A program made the translations under genes and the position numbers. The notes beneath the pieces are model-generated. The model searched no databases. It saw nothing but the letters and a program-made list of their open reading frames with translations, and was not told where the DNA came from. A stretch of DNA of 64,000 nt, from NCBI GenBank assembly GCA_965208125.1, contig OZ242320.1, positions 2,944,001-3,008,000 of the forward strand. The letters run 5' to 3'. Source of the stretch: Candidatus Latescibacterota bacterium. GTDB lineage: Bacteria > Latescibacterota > UBA2968. Of the stretch, positions 48,550 through 55,496 are shown in pieces; positions within the stretch are counted from its first letter, which is position 1, and each line of letters starts with the position of its first letter.

Positions 48550-49809
48550 TTATTGAATAAATTCTTCTGCTATAGGATCGCGTGAGGTATCGGGTACGCT
48601 GTGCTGCAGTCCAATGCTGTCTTGTTGTGTTGAGACTTCAAAATCGACGGGCAGGTCAATGCGAAAAACCGCACCTGCGCCCGGGCGGCTGATCACGCGC
48701 AGCGTGCCGCGGTGTGCCGCTGCAATGCGAGAGCAGATACTCAGCCCATATCCATTGCCCCTTTCCCGCGTTGAAAATCCGGGGTCAAATATGCGGGTTT
48801 GCAAATTTTCGGGAATGCCGGGACCATTGTCTTCCACTTCAATATATACCGAACTGCGCTCTGTATCGGCGCCGACCTGTACTGTTACCACGCCATTATT
48901 TTCAACGGCTTCGATGGCGTTGAGAGTCAGGTTTGTGACGGCTTCAGATAACATGCCAGCGTCTGCTTTTACCTGAGGTACATGAGGTTCGGCGGCAAAG
49001 ATGAGTTCTTTGTCCCCTGCTCGTGCAGAGAGTCTGTGGGTCATTTTTTCAATGAGTTGGGACACATCGACCAGCGCGGGATTCATAGTGTCTTGTTTCA
49101 TAGACCGCAAATAGGCAACCCATTGGTTGTAGATGTGTTCTTGTTCGTACGCGATGTCTTTTAGATCATCCAGGCCGTGTGTATCTGGCGGTAAATTGCG
49201 TATGGCGCGGCGCATTCGGCTGCCGGAGAGACCCATCAGATTTTTGATGCGGTGGCCGTGCGTGTAGAGGCTTTCATAGACTTGGGCACGTCCCAGGTCT
49301 ATGAGCTCGAGAGAGAGTCGTGCGAGAATGCCCGGTGCTCTAACACCAAATTCTTCGGTGATGCTTTCGTATTCGCGTTCCATTTGTGCTGGGCTCATGT
49401 GGTGAAAGAGCAATCGAGCGAGATTTCCATAGGGCAACATGTAATCGGGTTCGAGGTGTATGGCGATTTTAAACTCGCCAAGTGCCGATAAAATTTGCCC
49501 ATTTTGCATGAGCAAAACGCCCAGGTTGTTATGCCCGGGCGCGAAGAGGGGATCGGCTTCTAAACCCCGGCGGTAAACGGCAATCGCTCGAGATGCGTTT
49601 TCAGGAAAGTCATCGAGCAGGCTGCCCAACAAAAAACAGACGCGGTCAATGAGGGCTTGTTCACCACCCCGGTTATCAGACAAAATGTATTCGAGGTGTT
49701 CAACCGCTTTTTTGTAGTCGTCTGAACCCGGTGTTGCCCCGCGAGCGTGTTGCAGCGCCATTTGGAAACGGGCTTCCAGATCGGGGATTATGTTCAGGGT
49801 GTTGGACAT
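48550..49809 (-). CDS. Cytoplasmic TPR-containing histidine kinase
   Basis: TPR (HNNLGVLL...AIHLEP); HRIKN H-box; NLTLNAIEA, DNGPGI, FDPGFST, GYGLSI. Confidence 0.85.
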   Translation of the reverse strand: MSNTLNIIPDLEARFQMALQHARGATPGSDDYKKAVEHLEYILSDNRGGEQALIDRVCFLLGSLLDDFPENASRAIAVYRRGLEADPLFAPGHNNLGVLLMQNGQILSALGEFKIAIHLEPDYMLPYGNLARLLFHHMSPAQMEREYESITEEFGVRAPGILARLSLELIDLGRAQVYESLYTHGHRIKNLMGLSGSRMRRAIRNLPPDTHGLDDLKDIAYEQEHIYNQWVAYLRSMKQDTMNPALVDVSQLIEKMTHRLSARAGDKELIFAAEPHVPQVKADAGMLSEAVTNLTLNAIEAVENNGVVTVQVGADTERSSVYIEVEDNGPGIPENLQTRIFDPGFSTRERGNGYGLSICSRIAAAHRGTLRVISRPGAGAVFRIDLPVDFEVSTQQDSIGLQHSVPDTSRDPIAEEFIQ

Positions 49810-49831
49810 GGTTGTACTTATGCGTTGTAGC

Positions 49832-51418
49832 CTACGCCTCTGCGTCTTCTGTGGTATCGGGTTTACCGTTTTCCCCGGATGTTTGTTCGCCGTTCATTTT
49901 GCCCAAAAATTCGGGTAATTCAAGCCCTGCCAGACGCGCCAGATCGTGCATGGGCGGTATGGCACCCATGAGGCGTTGTCCCAGGTTGGACATGCCACTG
50001 TCGCCATTGCCGCTGTCCCAGACCATTACTTTGTCGATGGGTAAGTTGCTAATGGCTTCTGCCTGGATGTTGGCGACATCGGTGAGGCGTTCGATGATCA
50101 GAAAGGCCGCTGCTGCCTGGTCGTTGCTGCCACAGGCTTCGACGAGTTGTCTGTATCCTTCGGCTTTGGCGTTGAGAATGGCCTGAGTCCCCTGAGCTTC
50201 GGCCTGTTTTTGCGCGAGAATGGCTGCGGCTTCACCTTCGGCAATAAGTCGTCGCTGTTCTTTTTCGGCTTCTGCCTGAACGACCTGGCGTTGTTTTTCG
50301 GCTTCTGCCTGAACGACGATTTCTGCACGCAGGCGCGCTTCCTCGCGCAGTGCTCGGGCTTCTTCGGCTGCTTTTTCCGCGGTTTCCTGGGCGACGCGAA
50401 TAGCGCCGTCCGTGGCTTTGGTCGCTTCTTCTGATTTTCGGCGCGCGTCTTCTTCAGCAACGCGTTGTCCCGCGCGATAGCCCGCTGTTTTTGCTTCTGC
50501 TTCTGTTTCTGACTGTACGGCTTCTGCTTCGAGAGCCGCGACATTCTGGCGTTTGTCTCGCCCGGCCTCTGCTTCGCCGATTTCAGCTTCTGATTCGAGT
50601 GCGGCAACTTGTCGTCGTCTGTCTCGCGCAGCTTCTGATTCGCCGATTTCAGCTTCTGATTCGAGTGCTGCGACCTGTCGTCGTCTGTTTCGCGCAGCTT
50701 CGGCTTCGCCAACTTCGGCTTCTGATTCGGCTGCGGCGACGTCCCGACGCCGGTCGCGTGCGCGTTCGGCCACGCCAACCTGCCCGTGTCGTTCTTGTTC
50801 GGCCACGTCGATAGATGCCTGGTTTACGGCTTCGGCTGCTGCTTTTTGGCCGATGGCTTTGATGTAGCCGCTTTCGTCGTCGAGGTCTTTGATGTTGACG
50901 TTGATAACGGCCAGACCAATTTTTTCCATTTCAGTGGAGACGGCATCATTTACTTTGGTCATGAATGCCTGTCGGTCCTGATTGATTTCTTCAATTTGCA
51001 TGGTTGCAATGACTGCGCGCATCTGGCCGAGGATGATGTCCTGTGCCTGGCTCTGAATTTGATCGCGGGACAGGCCCAGGAGGCGGATGGCCGCGTTTTG
51101 CATGACGCCGGGCTGATTGGAGACAGCCGCTGTGACTGTGGTGGGCACGGATACGCGGATGTTTTCCTGTGAAAGCGCGTTGTCCAGGTCGATGGGTACG
51201 ACAAAGGGTTCGAGGTCGAGGTATTCGTAGTCCTGCAATAGGGGCAGGACAAAAGCTGCGCCACCGTGTACACATTTTGCGGCTGTGCCTCCTCCTGTTT
51301 TGCCGTATATGACGAGAATTTTGTTGGATGGGCAGCGCTTGTAACGCGATATGAATGTGAGGAATAGCAATAATACAACGGCTGCCAGGATGACGATGAG
51401 AATGAATTCGTTGGGCAT
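49832..51418 (-). CDS. Flotillin/SPFH-domain protein
   Basis: N-terminal TM; RYKRCPSNKILVIYG, HGGAAFVLP, EEINQDR, INVNIKD...GYI; long EA-rich coiled coil. Confidence 0.92.
   Translation of the reverse strand: MPNEFILIVILAAVVLLLFLTFISRYKRCPSNKILVIYGKTGGGTAAKCVHGGAAFVLPLLQDYEYLDLEPFVVPIDLDNALSQENIRVSVPTTVTAAVSNQPGVMQNAAIRLLGLSRDQIQSQAQDIILGQMRAVIATMQIEEINQDRQAFMTKVNDAVSTEMEKIGLAVINVNIKDLDDESGYIKAIGQKAAAEAVNQASIDVAEQERHGQVGVAERARDRRRDVAAAESEAEVGEAEAARNRRRQVAALESEAEIGESEAARDRRRQVAALESEAEIGEAEAGRDKRQNVAALEAEAVQSETEAEAKTAGYRAGQRVAEEDARRKSEEATKATDGAIRVAQETAEKAAEEARALREEARLRAEIVVQAEAEKQRQVVQAEAEKEQRRLIAEGEAAAILAQKQAEAQGTQAILNAKAEGYRQLVEACGSNDQAAAAFLIIERLTDVANIQAEAISNLPIDKVMVWDSGNGDSGMSNLGQRLMGAIPPMHDLARLAGLELPEFLGKMNGEQTSGENGKPDTTEDAEA
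50501..50764 (-). repeat. Four 66-bp (22-aa) intragenic tandem repeats in flotillin
   Basis: RARDRRRDVAAAESEAEVGEAE / AARNRRRQVAALESEAEIGESE / AARDRRRQVAALESEAEIGEAE / AGRDKRQNVAALEAEAVQSETE. Confidence 0.85.
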
Positions 51419-51434
51419 TGTACCTCCTTTAAGT

Positions 51435-52040
51435 TCAGAATTGAATAGGTTCGACTTCAACAGTGGTTATGTCGAGTGTTCGCAGTACGCGAATCGGCGT
51501 CTTGTTCTGGATGGGTTGCCCGTCTTTGCTGCGCGCAGAGATGTAGTTGACAGCCCCGCTTTCCATCACGCGAATTTGACCGGCGCCATTTTCGGGAATG
51601 TCGATATAGACTTCGCCTTCATTGCCGATGCAGGACGATAGGTTTCGGTTATGCGATTCGGAGAGTTGTTGCACTTTGTAGAAGAAGTACGCAACAAGGA
51701 CCATCCCCGCGCCGCCCCATACGAGGCCGCGAAGGACCGAATCTTCGGTTGAATGTCCCGAGTCGAGATAGAGCGCGCCCGCCCATCCAAAGAGCATGCC
51801 AAAGGCTATTACAGAGCGCAGTGAGAGCAGTTGAAAAGTGGCAGTGCCGTGATCATAAAGACTGTTATCGACATCTGGCCCCGCATCATTGGCATTGAAG
51901 TCGTCGGCAAGGCCATCTGAGGAATCGCCCAGGCCGATGAGTGTTGTGATAAATTGCCAGAGAAACAAAAGGGTGAAGAAGACAGCACAGCCATAGAATG
52001 CCTGATTGAGAGGCGCGAGTTCTGACCACCATGCCTGCAT
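51435..52040 (-). CDS. NfeD-like flotillin partner (TM + OB fold)
   Basis: Three hydrophobic segments, FGWAG, IGNEGEVYIDIP..G.G.I; directly upstream of flotillin. Confidence 0.8.
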   Translation of the reverse strand: MQAWWSELAPLNQAFYGCAVFFTLLFLWQFITTLIGLGDSSDGLADDFNANDAGPDVDNSLYDHGTATFQLLSLRSVIAFGMLFGWAGALYLDSGHSTEDSVLRGLVWGGAGMVLVAYFFYKVQQLSESHNRNLSSCIGNEGEVYIDIPENGAGQIRVMESGAVNYISARSKDGQPIQNKTPIRVLRTLDITTVEVEPIQF

Positions 52041-52140
52041 ATTAACCTCCAGAAATCGATTGCGCGTTCCATCAACTGATCTTTATGTTCCTAAATTTGT
52101 CCATGCAAGGGGCGAAAAGCAAGAGTTATTTCTTATCCGG

Positions 52141-52731
52141 TCATCCGGGTTGTAAACCGAGTTTGCGAAATTCGCTTTTGAGTTGGCGACGGGCGCGGCA
52201 CAGCCAGGTTTTCACGGTTCCAAGCGGAACGCGAAGCGCCTGTGTGATTTCTTCGTAGGACCAGTCCATGACATAGCGCAGCCACATGGCTTTGCGATAG
52301 CGTTCGGGCAAGTTTTGAATGCTTTTGTGGACCAATTGTATGCGTTCGCGTTTTTCGACTATTTGATCAGGTAGCGCGCCGGGTATGAGGTCGCGAAGGA
52401 CGTTGCGAACCATTTCGGGGTCTTCGGTTTGATAGACCCAGTTTTGCCGAACTTGTTGTGAGCGCAGGTGCGAGCGATAGACGTTGAGGGCAATTTGTGT
52501 GAGCCAGGTCGAAAATGCTGCCCGGCCTTTGAATGTGTGAAGCGAGCGATAGGCGCGAAAAAATGTGTCTTGCATCAGGTCGTCAATGGTGTCGCGATCC
52601 GAGATGCGCTGTGCGAGGGTGCCGTAGATCTGACTTTGATATTTGTGGTAGAGCGTTTCAAATGCCCGGCAGTCGCCCGAGAGGGATGCGCGAATCAGGT
52701 TTTGATCCTGTGTTTTCACTTTTTTCTCCAT
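52141..52731 (-). CDS. ECF RNA polymerase sigma factor
   Basis: GDCRAFETLY, DLMQDTF.RAY..L..F...AAFSTWL.QIA.N, SYEEI...L..PLGTVK..L.RAR. Confidence 0.92.
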   Translation of the reverse strand: MEKKVKTQDQNLIRASLSGDCRAFETLYHKYQSQIYGTLAQRISDRDTIDDLMQDTFFRAYRSLHTFKGRAAFSTWLTQIALNVYRSHLRSQQVRQNWVYQTEDPEMVRNVLRDLIPGALPDQIVEKRERIQLVHKSIQNLPERYRKAMWLRYVMDWSYEEITQALRVPLGTVKTWLCRARRQLKSEFRKLGLQPG

Positions 52732-52789
52732 TCGTTAAGATAATTCGCTTATTGCTATTCTTTTGTTTGTGACAAGACGGATTTTTCCG

Positions 52790-52963
52790 TCAGTCTTCCC
52801 TACTGACCAACCGCCAACCGATCGCAATAAATCCAAGGGCGATGACAAGTCCGATCAGGTGAAAGATAGACTCCAATAGAGAGCCAAGAAATGGGAAGAG
52901 AACCTTGATGGTGATAATGCCGCCGATGATAATGAGTGCGATGCCGATGAGTTTTGCCAACAT
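52790..52963 (-). CDS. 57-aa two-helix membrane protein; absent from ORF track
   Basis: MLAKLIGIALIIIGGIITIKVLFPFLGSLLESIFHLIGLVIALGFIAIGWRLVSRED; AAGGA RBS; co-oriented in operon. Confidence 0.75.
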   Translation of the reverse strand: MLAKLIGIALIIIGGIITIKVLFPFLGSLLESIFHLIGLVIALGFIAIGWRLVSRED

Positions 52964-52994
52964 GGGATGTCCTTTTTATTTTTGAGGTTGTCCG

Positions 52995-53348
52995 TCAATC
53001 CGAGATGGTTTGCGGAGGTGGAGATGGTGTAGCGACTGAGAGACGCTCGAGTTTGTCGTCGTTGGTGATGACGATGTCTTGAAGGTCGATGAGGCGTTTT
53101 TCAAGTTCTTTTACGCGTTTTGACAGTTCTTCAGATTGGTTGTCGTTTTTTGTCGATCTTTTTCCCTTGTTATTAAAATCTGGGATGAATGTGAATGAGA
53201 GAGTAAAAAAGGCAATGATGGCTATAGCGGCCCAGGCCGCCACCAGGCCGAGACCACCTCCAAATGTTGGGTTTTCGATATAGACAATTGTGCCGGCTGC
53301 AAGAATAATCAGACTGATGCCAACCGTGATTGTAAGAAAGATGCGCAT
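52995..53348 (-). CDS. Two-TM protein with PspB-like C-terminal coiled coil
   Basis: GGGAGG RBS; ELEKRLIDLQDIVITNDDKL motif shared with the two upstream genes. Confidence 0.7.
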   Translation of the reverse strand: MRIFLTITVGISLIILAAGTIVYIENPTFGGGLGLVAAWAAIAIIAFFTLSFTFIPDFNNKGKRSTKNDNQSEELSKRVKELEKRLIDLQDIVITNDDKLERLSVATPSPPPQTISD

Positions 53349-53371
53349 GGTGTCCTCCCTGTTAGTTTCAG

Positions 53372-53593
53372 TTAGCGAGAAATAGGCGATCGGTCGAATT
53401 TTTCGTCAATGGTGATGAGGATGTCCTGAATGTCCGTAAGCCTGCGGTCGAGTTCGTCCATTCGTTCATTCAAGCGTTTTTCTGCATCGCTGGGGATAGA
53501 CCCTTTTGTGCGGCGATCAATGTATTTGTGTACTGCTGATACAATGGCTGATACGAGGATGATCATCGATATGCCAATAAAAAAATTAGTCAT
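53372..53593 (-). CDS. Small TM + coiled-coil protein (PspB-like), paralog
   Basis: GGGAGG RBS; TM then RLNERMDELDRRLTDIQDILITIDEK. Confidence 0.75.
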   Translation of the reverse strand: MTNFFIGISMIILVSAIVSAVHKYIDRRTKGSIPSDAEKRLNERMDELDRRLTDIQDILITIDEKFDRSPISR

Positions 53594-53604
53594 GGTACCC
53601 CTCC

Positions 53605-53805
53605 CTATTTTCTGCTGAGTTTTTCGTCAATAGTGATCATGACGTCCTGAATGTCGGTGAGTCTGCGGTCGAGTTCGTCCATTCGTTCATTCAAGCGTTC
53701 TTCCGCATCGCTGGGGATGGAGCCTCTGGTGCGTTGTTCAACGTATTTGTATGCCGCTGATGCGAGAATGATTATCGCTACCATGATTCCAATTTCAAAC
53801 ATCAT
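53605..53805 (-). CDS. Small TM + coiled-coil protein (PspB-like), paralog
   Basis: GGGAGG RBS; TM then RLNERMDELDRRLTDIQDVMITIDEK. Confidence 0.75.
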   Translation of the reverse strand: MMFEIGIMVAIIILASAAYKYVEQRTRGSIPSDAEERLNERMDELDRRLTDIQDVMITIDEKLSRK

Positions 53806-53821
53806 TTAGCCCTCCCACACA

Positions 53822-54493
53822 TTAGAGTTCATCCACGGGTCTCGCGCGGTATTTTTCATCCCAGCGTTCGATTTCCGGAAAATGATAAACGACCAGTCCC
53901 GAATCTGAGATTCGCATTTCCGCATGACCACTTATGGTTAATTCTCGCAGGATTTCTTCAGTTTTTTCAACTGTTATTCTGGTGTCCATAGCGGCTTCTG
54001 TTACGGTGAGGCTGCCCCCTTTTTCCCGGGCGAGACGGAGTATGCGATGCTGATTTTTGGCATGTGCTTTTTTGTCTCCCGATCTTTTGACCCGGCGACC
54101 TGCCCACCATATAAGTTGAGAGAAAACGATTATACAGAGGCCAGCACTGAGTTCTTCGTGCCTGAATGGATTTGTGCCATCGATCCAGGGAGGATGTTCT
54201 ACCAGTGTAATGAGTACGAGCATGAGGCCGCTAAATCCCATAAGTACAGCCATTCCTATTAAACCATAAGCAAAGAGATAACGCATGGCACAGCTCCCAT
54301 CGGTGGCGAGGTCAGAGAGGCGGTCGGGCACGCGCTTGAATGAATTGGTTGCGGTTTGGAAATCACTGCTCGCGCTGTGAACGCGCGCCTCCCAGTTTCC
54401 CTTCCATTTCTTTTTTATTTTTCGCTCTGCGTTGTTGACCGCGCGGTCAATTTTGCTGGCGATTTCATCGGCGAGTTTTTCCAGGTCACGCAT
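53822..54493 (-). CDS. Two-TM membrane protein with C-terminal winged-helix-like domain
   Basis: Overlaps pspA stop; ILRLAREKGGSLTVTEAAMDTRITVEKTEEILRELTISGHAEMRISDSGLVVYHF. Confidence 0.7.
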   Translation of the reverse strand: MRDLEKLADEIASKIDRAVNNAERKIKKKWKGNWEARVHSASSDFQTATNSFKRVPDRLSDLATDGSCAMRYLFAYGLIGMAVLMGFSGLMLVLITLVEHPPWIDGTNPFRHEELSAGLCIIVFSQLIWWAGRRVKRSGDKKAHAKNQHRILRLAREKGGSLTVTEAAMDTRITVEKTEEILRELTISGHAEMRISDSGLVVYHFPEIERWDEKYRARPVDEL

Positions 54494-55163
54494 CTTTTTG
54501 TCCCATTTTCTTTTTTAGGGCACTGAGTTCGTCTTCTACTGTGCTTTTGCGCTCGAGTTTGGAAAATTCTTCTTCCAGAGAGGGGTCAGCACTCGCCATC
54601 TCTTGATGGGCTTCAGCTTCGGCTTCTTCTGTTTCGATACGCTGGCGGAATCGTTCAAAGCTCGAAAAAGCGTCTTCACCTACTCCTGAGAGGCCTCTGG
54701 CGATTTGCTTGCGGGCTTCGGCTGCACGCCGGCGGGCAATCAGGGTGCCCTGGCGGGTGCGGGCTTCGTCGAGTTTGGCTTTGAGTTGGGTGAGTTGTTG
54801 TTTGAGTTGGGACGAAGTTTTACGGCTTTCTTCGAGGGCTATTTCAAGGTCGTGCGTGGCTTCCTGATTTGCAGCTTTGCGCTCGAGCGCGCGGCGAGCA
54901 AGGTCGTCTTCGCCAGCTTCAACAGCCATTTCGGCTTTTTTCTGCCAGGCTTCGATTTGATCCTGTTTTTCGAGATATTGTCTTTCCAGGCGTTTTTCAT
55001 TGGCAACAGCCGTGCCGACCGAGGCAGTGGCTTTGTTGACGGCTTCTTCCATTTCCAGAATCATCTGACGGATCATTTTTTCCGGGTCTTCTGCGCGGGT
55101 AATCAGGTCGTTGACGTTGGCTTTGACGATGTCGGCCATTCTATAAAAAATTCCGCGTGCCAT
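54486..55163 (-). CDS. pspA: PspA/IM30 family protein
   Basis: GIFYRMADIVKANVNDLITRAEDPEKMIRQ.I.EM, GEDDLARRAL, FERF, VEDELSALKKKMG. Confidence 0.93.
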   Translation of the reverse strand: MARGIFYRMADIVKANVNDLITRAEDPEKMIRQMILEMEEAVNKATASVGTAVANEKRLERQYLEKQDQIEAWQKKAEMAVEAGEDDLARRALERKAANQEATHDLEIALEESRKTSSQLKQQLTQLKAKLDEARTRQGTLIARRRAAEARKQIARGLSGVGEDAFSSFERFRQRIETEEAEAEAHQEMASADPSLEEEFSKLERKSTVEDELSALKKKMGQKDA

Positions 55164-55232
55164 GATCTTCTCCTTTCACAAGGTGCTGCATTTATGAGGA
55201 TTCTGATGTTTTTTGTTGTCGCACTCTTTTTA

Positions 55233-55248
55233 TGCAAAATCTATGCCA
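55233..55248 (-). promoter_or_regulatory. Sigma-54 (-24/-12) promoter for the pspA operon
   Basis: Minus strand TGGCATAGATTTTGCA with exact GG-N10-GC spacing, 70 bp upstream of pspA. Confidence 0.85.
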
Positions 55249-55323
55249 GGAGCGAGATATGATATTAAATGTTGTTTTTCATATACATAGATATTTTTGT
55301 GAAGTGGGGGAAATCGATAAAGT

Positions 55324-55360
55324 TGGTGAAAATTCCCATGTGTTCTGGCGAAAGAGACCA
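55324..55360. promoter_or_regulatory. Candidate tandem enhancer (UAS) sites for the sigma-54 activator
   Basis: TGGTGAAAATTCCCA (55324-55338) and TGGCGAAAGAGACCA (55346-55360): TGG-N9-CCA dyads 22 bp apart, about -102 to -138 from predicted +1. Confidence 0.55.
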
Positions 55361-55496
55361 AATTTACCATTTTTTAATCCGGGTATTTTTAGAGGGTCAT
55401 ATCTTGTCTTTTTTTTCTAAAAGGTCTATTATCTATCGGTTTGTCGCAAATAGGTCTCCAATATTATCACTTTTCACTTTATATACTGAATTTTTT

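Noticed and set aside
50501-50764. CRISPR-like periodic repeat
   Set aside because: In-frame coding repeats within flotillin, no unique spacers, no cas genes
52041-52140. ECF-dependent promoter upstream of nfeD
   Set aside because: GGAAC motifs are present but without a properly spaced -10 element
55269-55496. 76-aa N-terminal extension of the LysM amidase
   Set aside because: AT-rich regulatory DNA containing the candidate enhancer sites; the signal peptide begins at ATG 55497
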